This document shows, in pieces, positions 10,783 through 24,297 of a stretch of DNA of 64,000 nt (within the stretch, counting starts at the first letter, position 1; each line of letters starts with the position of its first letter). The position numbers were made by a program, and so were the translations under genes. Below the pieces are notes generated by a model. That model worked only from the letters and a program-made list of their open reading frames with translations, searched no databases and had not been told where the DNA came from. The DNA comes from an uncultured SAR116 cluster alpha proteobacterium (GTDB taxonomy: Bacteria > Pseudomonadota > Alphaproteobacteria > Puniceispirillales > Marisalimonadaceae). The stretch covers positions 44,233 to 108,232 of the forward strand of contig CACALC010000001.1 in assembly GCA_902533225.1 (NCBI GenBank), written 5' to 3'.

Positions 10783-11679
10783 TTAAAATTTATTTTCAAG
10801 CATTTTAGAACAGCGTACTCTGTTAACACTATAATCTTTTACTCTCCCATACCAGATGAAGTTACTATCTTCAAAGTAATTACAAACAGGCAAAATATTT
10901 TTCAAATCTTCAAATATACCAAAACACGTTGAACCACTTCCAGACATACCACATGCAATTATATTGGGTAATTTTTTTAATACTGATAATATAGTATGTA
11001 TCTGAGGAGCTAAAGAAATAGCTGACGAAAGAAGAGAATTATAAATACTTACATCGCCTAAACAATTCTTTTTATTTTTGGTTATATCATGTGAAAAACA
11101 ACTAAAATGTGCAAACACTTGTTTAGTAGATAATTGAATATTAGGGTTTACTAGTAAGTAATAATAATTTTTTGAAAGTTTATTTCTTTTAATTTTATTA
11201 CCATAACCACTTATTTTTAAACTTTTACTTTCCAAACACGCAGGAACATCGGATCCTAGTTTGTTTGCAATTTTGTAAAGAGTTGAAATTGATAATTTTT
11301 TTTTCTTCCTTTCTCCATTAAATAATTTTCTCAATAGTATTAATGTCGCTGCTGCGTCTGCTGAACCGCCACCAAGACCTGCCCCAATTGGTATGTTTTT
11401 ATCTAAATATATTTGAAACTTCTGGTCCCAACCAGTTAAATGTCTAAATTCATTCAAAGCTTCTAGAATTAGGTTGTATTTATCATCAACTAGGAAGGAC
11501 TTATTTGAATTTTTTTGAAGAAAACTATCATTTTCACTAAATTCAAAAAAAATTTTATCAGATAACTCTAAAAAACAAACATCACTTTCTATTAAATGTA
11601 AACCATTATTAGCTTTACCCCTAACAAATAGATTTAGATTAAGTTTTGCTGGGGCAATTATTGAGTAACAATTATTCAT
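10783..11679 (-). CDS. ispE: 4-diphosphocytidyl-2-C-methyl-D-erythritol kinase
   Basis: APAKLNLNL, KNIPIGAGLGGGSADAA, LGSDVP, MSGSGSTCF. Confidence 0.95.
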   Translation of the reverse strand: MNNCYSIIAPAKLNLNLFVRGKANNGLHLIESDVCFLELSDKIFFEFSENDSFLQKNSNKSFLVDDKYNLILEALNEFRHLTGWDQKFQIYLDKNIPIGAGLGGGSADAAATLILLRKLFNGERKKKKLSISTLYKIANKLGSDVPACLESKSLKISGYGNKIKRNKLSKNYYYLLVNPNIQLSTKQVFAHFSCFSHDITKNKKNCLGDVSIYNSLLSSAISLAPQIHTILSVLKKLPNIIACGMSGSGSTCFGIFEDLKNILPVCNYFEDSNFIWYGRVKDYSVNRVRCSKMLENKF

Positions 11680-13294
11680 ATTTTACAAGTTTTTCTCTAA
11701 TAATCCTAATTATATATTTATCTTTTTCATATTTTATAGCCTTTTTCCACTCAAAAATCGCTTCATCTTTCCTACCTAACATTAGATAGCAATCACCGAG
11801 ATGATCTAAAATTTCAGAACTTTTTGGCAGAATTGCAACTGACTTTTCAAGGTAAAAAACAGCTTCGTTATAATTTGTTCTTTTAAATTCTATCCAACCA
11901 ATAGTATCAAGAAAAAATGCATTGTTTGGATCCAAATCTAAAGCCTTTTTAATTAAACTCAAAGCAAACTCTAAATCTTGATTTTTTAAAGCTAATTTAT
12001 AAGATACATAATTCAAAGTATATGTATCTTTAGGGTTTCTTTTAAGTAATTTTAAAAATAGGATTTTAGCCTCTTTCCATTTACCAACTTTGTCTAAATT
12101 AGAAGCGTATAAAAACAGGTCCTTATCATTATTTCCATATATATCAATTATTTTCTGATATATTTTAATGGATTTAGCATATTGTTTATTCGACTTATAG
12201 TAATCAGCCAACCTGTATAAGAGGAATTTATTATTTGGCCATTTTTCATTAAACTGAAATAATAAATTTTTATAATAATTTTTTTTATCCAAAGATTTAA
12301 TTATTGATAATTTTTTTAAATTACCAGGCAGGTCAAAAAAAGAAAATGAGGAAATAGATCTCAACTTTTCTAAAGCTATATAATGCGTTTTCTCAAGATA
12401 ATATAATTCAGCTAGAGAATATTTTGCAATATCTAGCTTTGGACATAGAAAAAGGCTAATTTCCAGTAAAATTTTTTGATATGAATATGAATTTTCACTC
12501 TGTTTATTATTTAAAATAGAATTGTTGTATATTTTAGAGGCTAAAATTGTATTTAAATTAGTTTTTTTATAAAATATATTATTATGAAAAGAAAAGTTTT
12601 TAATTATAAACTGTTTATCAAATTGATTGGACAACCTTGTTTGAATAATATAGTTAAACTTTTCAAAATCATTTAATCTAAAAAAAAATCCAGCTAATAA
12701 TAACGTATCATTGCTATTTAACTCTTTTGATTCATAAATTTTATAAGCGATTTTTTTTAAACTCTCAGGTTTATAGAAGTTTTCTAATATTAGAAGTTCA
12801 TAAATAGATTTTTCTTGATGACCTTTATATACCTTTGAGGCAATTTTATTTTGTGACTCTAAAATCCATAATTTTATCAATGGAGTTAAATTATTTAGGC
12901 TAATATTAATATCACTATTTTTTAAAAATCGTAAATTTTGGTTAAAATTACTGCTTTTTATATTCAATACATATTTTGGTAAATCATATAGATTATGCTG
13001 TTTTGAATCTGATGCTAATAAAATTGATGTCTTATTTGCTTCTTCAAAATTTCCACTAATCAAATTAGAAAAAAATTTAAGTTGCAAAAGTTCTATATTT
13101 TCGACTTTTTTATTTAGAATTTTACTTGCTGTGTAGGCATCACCCCTAGAAAAAAAGAAGTTAGCAGTCAGAAAAGTAGCGCTATGGGAAGTGCTTTTTT
13201 TTTCATAATTATCTTTATTTATTTTTAAATTTTCTCTAACTACATTACAACTAGAAATACTTAAAATTAAAAGAAAAATGACTGTGATCTTCAT
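11672..13294 (-). CDS. TPR-repeat lipoprotein
   Basis: Lipobox SISSC; C-terminal TPRs (LNYVSY, LDTIGW, DHLGD); usual neighbour of ispE; start uncertain. Confidence 0.8.
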   Translation of the reverse strand: MKITVIFLLILSISSCNVVRENLKINKDNYEKKSTSHSATFLTANFFFSRGDAYTASKILNKKVENIELLQLKFFSNLISGNFEEANKTSILLASDSKQHNLYDLPKYVLNIKSSNFNQNLRFLKNSDINISLNNLTPLIKLWILESQNKIASKVYKGHQEKSIYELLILENFYKPESLKKIAYKIYESKELNSNDTLLLAGFFFRLNDFEKFNYIIQTRLSNQFDKQFIIKNFSFHNNIFYKKTNLNTILASKIYNNSILNNKQSENSYSYQKILLEISLFLCPKLDIAKYSLAELYYLEKTHYIALEKLRSISSFSFFDLPGNLKKLSIIKSLDKKNYYKNLLFQFNEKWPNNKFLLYRLADYYKSNKQYAKSIKIYQKIIDIYGNNDKDLFLYASNLDKVGKWKEAKILFLKLLKRNPKDTYTLNYVSYKLALKNQDLEFALSLIKKALDLDPNNAFFLDTIGWIEFKRTNYNEAVFYLEKSVAILPKSSEILDHLGDCYLMLGRKDEAIFEWKKAIKYEKDKYIIRIIREKLVKYE

Positions 13295-13412
13295 GATAGA
13301 ATTTACCAAAAAATAATTTAAAACTTTTACATTAAACCAATACACTTTAATCTATTAAATAAATAGATTAAAATAATTTATAGAAAGCTAATAGTTGAAA
13401 CAACTAAAAATA

Positions 13413-14159
13413 ATGGATCAAAAAACTATCCTCAATATATTGAATTTTTATGGGGATATCGGTATCGATATAATAATTAATCAATTTCAAAATGGTGACA
13501 AAACAAAATTAATAAATCAAATAAAAAGTGCGACTGAAAAAAAAATAGATAACATTTTTATAAAAGAAAAAAAAACAAATAGTATTAATGAGTTAGAAAA
13601 ATTATTCAAAAATTTTGAAGGCTGCAATTTAAAAAAAACTGCAACAAATTTTGTTAAATTCCAAGGAAATGAGAATGCAAATTTATTATTTATTGACGGA
13701 ACTCCTAATACAGAAGAAGATCAAATTGGGAAGTCCTTTGTTTCAGTCAAAGGAGATCTTTTTGAAAAAATGCTTAATTCTATAGATATAAAACTAGATG
13801 ATATATTTATTATTAATGCAATACCTTGGAGACCTCCAGGTAATAGATACCCAACTGAAGAAGAAATAAAAATTTGTAGACCCTTTATTTTTAATTTGAT
13901 AAATTTATTACGACCAAAATTAATTGTTTGTTTGGGAGAAGTTCCAACTAATCAGATATTAGAATTAAATCAGAGTATTATTAAAACAAGAGGTAAATGG
14001 CACTACTTTAAATCTGATATAATTAATCAATTTGATTCAGAATATAAACCTCATATACTTCCAACACTTAGTATATCATACTTGTTAAACAGACCTGATA
14101 TGAAAAGAAAAGCATGGGAAGATATGAAAATGTTGAGGGATAAAATTAGGGAAATGTGA
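13413..14159 (+). CDS. Uracil-DNA glycosylase family 4 homologue with degenerate catalytic motifs
   Basis: FEGCNLKKTA, PWRPPGNRYPT, TRGKW, YLLNRP..KRKAWED. Confidence 0.85.
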   Translation: MDQKTILNILNFYGDIGIDIIINQFQNGDKTKLINQIKSATEKKIDNIFIKEKKTNSINELEKLFKNFEGCNLKKTATNFVKFQGNENANLLFIDGTPNTEEDQIGKSFVSVKGDLFEKMLNSIDIKLDDIFIINAIPWRPPGNRYPTEEEIKICRPFIFNLINLLRPKLIVCLGEVPTNQILELNQSIIKTRGKWHYFKSDIINQFDSEYKPHILPTLSISYLLNRPDMKRKAWEDMKMLRDKIREM

Positions 14160-14166
14160 AGATTTT

Positions 14167-15945
14167 ATGATAATAACAAAAAAACTAATATGTGCTATTA
14201 TTGCTATTCCACTTAATTTAATTTTATGTAATAGTGTTTCGTTTGCAGAAACTCCACAAAATAAAAATATTTTGTCATTAGAAGACGTTAAAGTTTATAA
14301 ACAAATTTTTGCTATACAAAAAAAATCTATTAAAAATAAAAAGTCTAACGAATGGATAAAAGTTGACAGTTTAATAAAACAATTAAAAAATAAAGTATTA
14401 TTGGGAAATGTATACGCAGAGAGATACTTACACCCCACTGGATGGAGAAGTTCATATAGAGATCTTAGGATTTGGCTAGAAAAATATAATGATCATCCTG
14501 ATGCGACTAGAATTACAAGAATAGCGCTTAAAAGAAAGCCAAAAAATTATAAGAATCCTAAAAAACCAACAGCAGGTTTTTTAAATGGGTATGGTACATA
14601 TGCAGCAAATTCTCTTAAGCCAAGATTTCCATTAGATAATAATAAATATAAAAGATACTCCTATCAAACATCAATTAAATTAAGACGAGCTATAAATAAA
14701 AAAAACACAAAATATGCAGAAAACTTACTAAATAATCAAAACGTAAAAAAATATCTAACTAATAAAGAACTATCTCAACTTAGAGCTGAGTTAGCTCATG
14801 CTTTTTTTATATTTGATAAAGATCATAAATCACTTAGACAAGCTAGACTTTCAATGAGCTTGTCTGATAAGCCTAACCCTCTGGCTTTATTGGCTGGTGG
14901 TTTAGCATCCTGGAGAATTGAAAACATTGATGCCTCAAAATACTTTTTTAACAAATTAGCTGAAATTAGTGGGCCTGATGGAATAGCGGCTGCTGGTGGT
15001 TATTGGTCTGCACGTATTTCTTACTTTCTAGGAACTCCCAAAAAGGCTAATTATTTTTTAACTAAAGCAGCAACACGTGAACGTACATTTTATGGCTCAC
15101 TAGCTATGGCTTCTTTAGGATATAAATATACTCCAAAATTTGACTTACCGAAATATGATATTAGTTTATTAAAAAAAATTACTAAGCATAGAGGTGGTAT
15201 AAGAGCACTAGCTCTTATAGAGGTAAATGAATATCATAAAGCAGCTAGGGAGTTTAGAAAAATTATTCCTAAATTTGATGTTAAATATTATCCTCAGTTA
15301 TTATCATTTATATCTAAAAATAATATGCCAGGATTAACGTTCAGGTTAGCGGCTATTTTAAGAAATGATTACGATCAAATTCACTTAGGTGGTTTATATC
15401 CAATACCTTCCTGGAAAATGGACACTTCTGATTTAAAGGATAAAGCACTAGTTTATGCAATAGCTCGACAAGAATCAGGTTTTAACCCCAGAGCAAAAAG
15501 CTCTTCAAAAGCTATGGGTGTATTGCAAATAATACCTTCAACTGCAGCATTTATAATGAAAAATAGAGAATATAAGCTTAGAAAAAGTAAAAATCATCTA
15601 CTCTATAATCCTTCTCACAATATACATATTGGATCTAAATACATGAAGTTTCTTTTTAATTTACCTATAGTCAACCATGACTTGATGTGGATGCTAGCGA
15701 GTTATAATGCTGGTCCTGGAAATTTTAAAAAATGGACAAAAGATAAAAAATATAAATATAAAGATACATTGTTAATGTTAGAAAGCTTACCAGCTAGAGA
15801 AACAAGAAATTATATTAAGTTAGTATTAACAAATCTATGGATTTATAAAATAAGATTTAATCAAGATAATAATATTCTTAATACTTTAGCATCAGGTAAA
15901 CCTATAGATTTTAGAGTTTTTTTTAAAGAGAAAACAGGAAGTTAA
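14167..15945 (+). CDS. Soluble lytic murein transglycosylase (SLT domain)
   Basis: Signal peptide; ARQESGFNP, GVLQIIPSTA, ASYNAGPG, ETRNY. Confidence 0.92.
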   Translation: MIITKKLICAIIAIPLNLILCNSVSFAETPQNKNILSLEDVKVYKQIFAIQKKSIKNKKSNEWIKVDSLIKQLKNKVLLGNVYAERYLHPTGWRSSYRDLRIWLEKYNDHPDATRITRIALKRKPKNYKNPKKPTAGFLNGYGTYAANSLKPRFPLDNNKYKRYSYQTSIKLRRAINKKNTKYAENLLNNQNVKKYLTNKELSQLRAELAHAFFIFDKDHKSLRQARLSMSLSDKPNPLALLAGGLASWRIENIDASKYFFNKLAEISGPDGIAAAGGYWSARISYFLGTPKKANYFLTKAATRERTFYGSLAMASLGYKYTPKFDLPKYDISLLKKITKHRGGIRALALIEVNEYHKAAREFRKIIPKFDVKYYPQLLSFISKNNMPGLTFRLAAILRNDYDQIHLGGLYPIPSWKMDTSDLKDKALVYAIARQESGFNPRAKSSSKAMGVLQIIPSTAAFIMKNREYKLRKSKNHLLYNPSHNIHIGSKYMKFLFNLPIVNHDLMWMLASYNAGPGNFKKWTKDKKYKYKDTLLMLESLPARETRNYIKLVLTNLWIYKIRFNQDNNILNTLASGKPIDFRVFFKEKTGS

Positions 15946-15949
15946 GCTT

Positions 15950-16492
15950 ATGTCAACTCACAATAATTTTATCCCTATAAATATAGCTATTGTAACTATA
16001 TCTGACACTAGAATCTTAGATAATGATAAATCTGGGGATGTCTTAGAGGACAGAGTGCTTAATTCTAATCACAAAATTATTTCAAGGGACATAGTAAAAG
16101 ATAATTTTGAAGAAATTTATGAATTATTCTCAAATTTAATAAATAATGAAAAGATAGATGTAATAATTTCGACAGGAGGGACAGGCCTTACAGGTAGAGA
16201 TATAACACCAGAAGTAATGAAAAAACTATTTGAAAAAACAATAGATGGTTTTGGAGAGATGTTTCGATGGTTATCCTATAGCAAGATTGGGACATCTTCT
16301 TTGCAATCACGAGCACTAGCTGGTGTTTCAAATGGTACGTACATTTTTTGTTTACCCGGTTCCCCATCTGCCTGTCGTGATGGATGGGACCAGATTTTAA
16401 TTCATCAATTAGATATAAGGCATAAACCATGTAATTTTGTAGAAATAATGCCAAGGCTTCAAGAACATAAATTGTCTCGCAAAAAGAATTAA
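15950..16492 (+). CDS. moaB: Molybdenum cofactor biosynthesis protein B
   Basis: TISDTR, DKSG, TGGTGLTGRDITPE, LPGSPSAC. Confidence 0.95.
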   Translation: MSTHNNFIPINIAIVTISDTRILDNDKSGDVLEDRVLNSNHKIISRDIVKDNFEEIYELFSNLINNEKIDVIISTGGTGLTGRDITPEVMKKLFEKTIDGFGEMFRWLSYSKIGTSSLQSRALAGVSNGTYIFCLPGSPSACRDGWDQILIHQLDIRHKPCNFVEIMPRLQEHKLSRKKN

Positions 16493-17175
16493 TGGCAAAT
16501 TTTGATTTAGAAAGAAAATTATCACGTAATAACATTATAATGATCGGAGTAGATGAGGCCGGCAGAGGTTCTTGGGCAGGACCACTAGTGGCAACAGCAT
16601 CTTGGATCGATTTTAAAGATTATAAATCTTTACATAAAGAAATAAATGATAGTAAAACGTTAACAACAAAAAAGCGTAAAGAAATTATATTATCATTAAA
16701 TAACTCAGTAAAATATTGCAGTTCAATTTCGTCCGAAAGAGAAATTGATTTTTACGGACTAACATTTGCAAATACATTGGCTATGAAAAGATCAATATTT
16801 AGTATTATTGAAATATTAAATAATTATATATCTAACAAAAATTATAAATTTAAAATATTCATTGATGGGAAATACAAACCAAATTTTTTAGATTTTGACA
16901 GATTGTTCAAAATTAAAAAGTTGGATTTAATTTCTGATGATATAATTCCACTTGTTAAAGGTGACAGTAAGTCTAAAACTATAGCCCTGGCTAGTATCAT
17001 AGCGAAAGAGACTAGAGATAATATAATGAGACAATACTCAATAAAATATCCTAATTACTATTTTGAAAAACACTTTGGTTATGGTACAGCAAAGCATAAG
17101 GAAGCTATTTTAAAAAACGGAATTTTAGGATTTCACAGAAAGTCGTTTAAACCAATTTATACTACATATAGTTAA
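16492..17175 (+). CDS. rnhB: Ribonuclease HII
   Basis: GVDEAGRG, NDSK, KGDSKS, ASIIAK, GYGT, HRKSF. Confidence 0.96.
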   Translation: MANFDLERKLSRNNIIMIGVDEAGRGSWAGPLVATASWIDFKDYKSLHKEINDSKTLTTKKRKEIILSLNNSVKYCSSISSEREIDFYGLTFANTLAMKRSIFSIIEILNNYISNKNYKFKIFIDGKYKPNFLDFDRLFKIKKLDLISDDIIPLVKGDSKSKTIALASIIAKETRDNIMRQYSIKYPNYYFEKHFGYGTAKHKEAILKNGILGFHRKSFKPIYTTYS

Positions 17176-17254
17176 TAAATATTGTAAATATACACATGTT
17201 GTATAAAACAATATTTTTTAACTAAGTCATTGACTTTAATACATATTTATCATT

Positions 17255-17283
17255 TTATCCACAGTATATTAATAACTTATTAA
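17255..17283 (+). promoter_or_regulatory. Perfect DnaA box (TTATCCACA, 17255-17263) and CtrA-type site (TTAA-N7-TTAA, 17269-17283) upstream of ccrM
   Basis: Exact motif matches just upstream of the ccrM start; AT-richness raises the chance of spurious matches. Confidence 0.45.
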
Positions 17284-17295
17284 GGTAAGATTTAA

Positions 17296-20533
<3,238 letters not shown>

Positions 20534-20579
20534 AATTATCCTTAATTTTTAAAGTGATTCATTTATATGATAACATTTT

Positions 20580-21992
20580 CTAATTATATTCTAAAGTCAA
20601 TCCTTCTATCTTGAGACGCTTTTGAACTTCTAAAAATAATTCTTTTTTATCTTCAACAGATTTTCCCTCAAACCTTATTATTAATGCCTCTTCAGTATTA
20701 CTAGCTCTAATTAGCCACCAACCAAAATTATTTTTAGCTCTTACACCGTCAATGGTAGTTATATTTTCTGGGCTATAATCTTCCAAAGCCTTTTTAGAAA
20801 TATTATCGATTATTGTAAATTTGATTTTATCTGAACAACGTAATTTCATCTCTGGGGAAACAAATGTTTTGGGCAAAGAAGATATAAATTTTTCTAAATT
20901 TACATCTTTTGCCAATAAACTTAGTAATCTCATTGAAGTATAAAGTGCATCATCAAAACCATAATATTTATCTGCAAAAAAAATGTGACCAGACATTTCA
21001 CCAGCTAGTGGCGAATTAATTTCTTTAATCCTCTTTTTAATATTAGAATGTCCAGTCTTACCTATTTCTACATTTAAACCTAAAGACATAATTTTATCGT
21101 AAGCAACTGAGCTAGACTTTATATCTAAAATAACAGTATGGTCTGCTTTATTTTCAATATCTATCGAATGTGCTAAAAATGACGTTAATAAGTCCCCTGC
21201 TACGGGACGATTTTGTTTATCAATTACGCCTATTCTGTCACCATCGCCGTCAAATCCTATACCAATATCCGCATTAACTACTTTCATTTTGTCAGACATA
21301 ATTTTTAAAGTTGATATGTCAGTTGGATCAGGATGGTGGTTAGGAAAATTACCATCAACCTTAGAATATAAAACAACATGATTTCCTGAAATTTTTTTAG
21401 TAATCATTTCTACTGAAGGGCCAGATGCGCCATTTCCACAATCCCAGACTATCGTTTTATTACTAAGTTTATCATTTAAATTTTTTAATGGCTCAATGAT
21501 TTTTTCTATGTATTTATCGAGTATAAAAACATTTTTAGAAAAACCATTATTGTTACTGGAATGTCCTTCTTTAGCAAGTTCTCCCAAATTGATTATATCT
21601 TGACCAAAAAATGATTTTTGATTTAAAACGATTTTAAACCCGTTATAATTTTTTGGATTATGGCTTCCAGTTACTTGGATTGCTCCATCGGCATTATAGT
21701 AATGGCCGGCAAAATAAAGCATTGGGGTAGGTCCTAAGCCAATCCTATAAATTTCACATCCTGATTTTATTAAGCCAGAATTAAGATTTTCTTCAAGTGT
21801 AGGACTTGAAAGTCTCCCGTCCATTCCAATTATTATTAACGGGCTCTTTTTTCCAGGTGAATTCTTCTTTACAATTATTCCAAAAAAATACCCTAGCATA
21901 AAGGCATCTTTATTATTTAAAGTCTTTTTATAAATACCTCTGATATCGTAAGATCTTAGAATAGTTTTATCAAAATTGTGCTTATACATCAT
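20580..21992 (-). CDS. Phosphomannomutase/phosphoglucomutase
   Basis: YDIRG, TGSHNP, FDGDGDR, GEMSGH, RASNTE. Confidence 0.95.
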   Translation of the reverse strand: MMYKHNFDKTILRSYDIRGIYKKTLNNKDAFMLGYFFGIIVKKNSPGKKSPLIIIGMDGRLSSPTLEENLNSGLIKSGCEIYRIGLGPTPMLYFAGHYYNADGAIQVTGSHNPKNYNGFKIVLNQKSFFGQDIINLGELAKEGHSSNNNGFSKNVFILDKYIEKIIEPLKNLNDKLSNKTIVWDCGNGASGPSVEMITKKISGNHVVLYSKVDGNFPNHHPDPTDISTLKIMSDKMKVVNADIGIGFDGDGDRIGVIDKQNRPVAGDLLTSFLAHSIDIENKADHTVILDIKSSSVAYDKIMSLGLNVEIGKTGHSNIKKRIKEINSPLAGEMSGHIFFADKYYGFDDALYTSMRLLSLLAKDVNLEKFISSLPKTFVSPEMKLRCSDKIKFTIIDNISKKALEDYSPENITTIDGVRAKNNFGWWLIRASNTEEALIIRFEGKSVEDKKELFLEVQKRLKIEGLTLEYN

Positions 21993-22002
21993 TTCTTATA
22001 CA

Positions 22003-22875
22003 TCATTTATTGTATTCTAGTATTTCATTATGTAGCCAACTTTTTAATTTTGAACCCATTTCTTTTCTTTCTATTGAAAGTTTTATATTGGCTTGTATAA
22101 AACCAATCTTTGATCCGCAGTCAAATCTTTCTTCTGAAAACTTATAACCAAAACAATTAGATTTTCCTATTCTGCTGGCTATTGCGTCTGTAAGTTGGAT
22201 TTCATCTCCAGCACCCTTGTTCTGTTTTTCTAAAATATTAAATATTTCAGGTTCAATTATGTATCTTCCAACTACTGCCATATTACTTGGTGCCTTATCT
22301 ATAGAAGGTTTTTCAACAAGGCCATGAACTTCAGTTATATTATTTTCAAAAGATTTGCCTGGAGTGATAATACCATAGGATGAAACGTCTTTTTTATTTA
22401 CATCCATGATTGCTAGCATATTGCCGGATGTATAATTATTAATCATTTCTTTTGTTGTGTTTAATCCATTAATTAAATCATCTGCTAAAAGAATAGCTAC
22501 AGGTTCATTTCCAATCAAGTGTCGAGCACACCAGACAGCATGACCAAGACCTGCTGGTTCTTGTTGTCTAACATAGGCAAACGATCCAGGAATTTTCAAC
22601 ATTTCTTGAGCGGTTTTAAGGGTGTCCCGTTTACCTTTAGAAAGTAAATTATTCTCAAGTTCAAACGAATGATCAAAATGATTCTCTATGGCTGACTTTC
22701 CTCTACTAGTAACAAAAATGAATTGTTCGATACCAGCATTTGCTGCCTCCTCGACAGCATATTGTACCAGAGGTTTATCAACTACAGGAAGCATCTCTTT
22801 TGGCATTGACTTTGTTGCAGGAAGAAATCTTGTGCCCAAGCCCCCAACAGGGAAAATTGCTTTTTTTATTTTCAT
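22003..22875 (-). CDS. galU: UTP--glucose-1-phosphate uridylyltransferase
   Basis: GLGTRFLPATKSMPKEMLP, GLGHAV, VEKP, EIQLTDAI. Confidence 0.97.
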   Translation of the reverse strand: MKIKKAIFPVGGLGTRFLPATKSMPKEMLPVVDKPLVQYAVEEAANAGIEQFIFVTSRGKSAIENHFDHSFELENNLLSKGKRDTLKTAQEMLKIPGSFAYVRQQEPAGLGHAVWCARHLIGNEPVAILLADDLINGLNTTKEMINNYTSGNMLAIMDVNKKDVSSYGIITPGKSFENNITEVHGLVEKPSIDKAPSNMAVVGRYIIEPEIFNILEKQNKGAGDEIQLTDAIASRIGKSNCFGYKFSEERFDCGSKIGFIQANIKLSIERKEMGSKLKSWLHNEILEYNK

Positions 22876-22980
22876 TCACAAATCCTTAAAATTAGTTTAG
22901 TAGTGAACTTATTTTGATTATTGTAATATTTGAAATTCGTCAACAATAGTAAATTATATTATATCATAAAGGAAAGCCTT

Positions 22981-24297
22981 ATGAAAATAACAATCTTAGG
23001 ATCTGGATATGTTGGCCTGGTTTCTGGAACCTGTTTTTCCGAATTTGGTTTTGATGTTTGTTGTGTAGATAAAGATAGTAATAAAATAAATAACCTTAAA
23101 AATAACATCATACCAATTTATGAGCCTGGACTGGAAAATTTAGTTAAAAAAAATAGTGCTGCTAATAGATTATCATTCAGTAATAATATAGATAAAAATA
23201 TTAAAGAAGCTGATGTAGTTTTTGTAGCAGTTGGCACACCCGCTCGTCGTGGAGATGGTCATGCAGATCTTTCATATGTTTATGAAGCTGCTGAACAAAT
23301 TGCTAAAAATCTGAGTGGTTATACTTTAGTTGTAACTAAATCTACAGTTCCTGTAGGAACTGGAGATGAGGTTAAAAAAATAATAAAACAAACAAATCCA
23401 GAAGCAAATTTTGATATTGTATCTAACCCTGAATTTTTAAGAGAAGGAAATGCAATTGAAGATTTCATGAGACCTGATAGAGTGATTGTTGGCTGTGAAA
23501 CAAAGAAAGCAAAAGCTATAATTTCAACAATTTATAAGCCTCTATATTTAATCGAGACCCCTATTGTTTTTACGGATTTAAAGACTGCTGAATTAATTAA
23601 ATACTCTGCCAACGCATTTTTGGCAGTAAAAATTTCTTATATTAATCAGATGGCTGATTTATGTGAAAAAGTAGGCGCAGATATTCGAGATGTTGCTCGT
23701 GGAATAGGTTTAGACAAGAGGATTGGAAGTAAATTTTTGCACCCTGGACCTGGTTATGGAGGATCTTGTTTTCCAAAAGATACATTAGCGCTTTTAGAAA
23801 CTTCAGAACGAAATAAAACTAATATTTCTATAGTTGAAACAGTAGTAAAATACAATCAACAAAGAAAATATGATATGGCAGAAAAAATTATAACTATTTT
23901 GAAGAGTGATTATGAAAATAAAAAAGTTTCTATTCTTGGTCTGGCATTCAAGCCAGAAACTGACGATATGAGAGATAGTCCATGTCTAGATATTATTCCA
24001 AGACTTCAAGAAAAAGGGATTCAAATTTCAGCATTCGATCCAGTTGCTATGGATGAAGCAAAAAAAATTCTTAAAGATATTGAATACGCTAAAAATCTGG
24101 ATATTTGTCTTAAAGATAGCGATGCGTTAGTAATTTTGACTGAGTGGAATGAATTTAGAAGTTTATCGCCAAGCCAATTAAATGGTATGAAAGGAAACCT
24201 ATTGATAGATATGAGAAACGCTTTAAATCCAAATAGTTTTAAGAGAAGTAAATTCGACTTGATACAGATAGGTAGATTTAGAGCATCTAGCCAGTAA
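22981..24297 (+). CDS. ugd: UDP-glucose 6-dehydrogenase
   Basis: GSGYVG, SNPEFLREG, GYGGSCFPKD; start at MKITILG. Confidence 0.96.
   Translation: MKITILGSGYVGLVSGTCFSEFGFDVCCVDKDSNKINNLKNNIIPIYEPGLENLVKKNSAANRLSFSNNIDKNIKEADVVFVAVGTPARRGDGHADLSYVYEAAEQIAKNLSGYTLVVTKSTVPVGTGDEVKKIIKQTNPEANFDIVSNPEFLREGNAIEDFMRPDRVIVGCETKKAKAIISTIYKPLYLIETPIVFTDLKTAELIKYSANAFLAVKISYINQMADLCEKVGADIRDVARGIGLDKRIGSKFLHPGPGYGGSCFPKDTLALLETSERNKTNISIVETVVKYNQQRKYDMAEKIITILKSDYENKKVSILGLAFKPETDDMRDSPCLDIIPRLQEKGIQISAFDPVAMDEAKKILKDIEYAKNLDICLKDSDALVILTEWNEFRSLSPSQLNGMKGNLLIDMRNALNPNSFKRSKFDLIQIGRFRASSQ

Noticed and set aside
10678-10932. ORF-track 84-aa ORF (MNFGWGGRIRTYG...)
   Set aside because: Antisense shadow of tRNA-Gln and the ispE end
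20534-20579. Possible glycine riboswitch upstream of glcB, as in SAR11
   Set aside because: Only 46 bp of AT-rich spacer; no aptamer motifs
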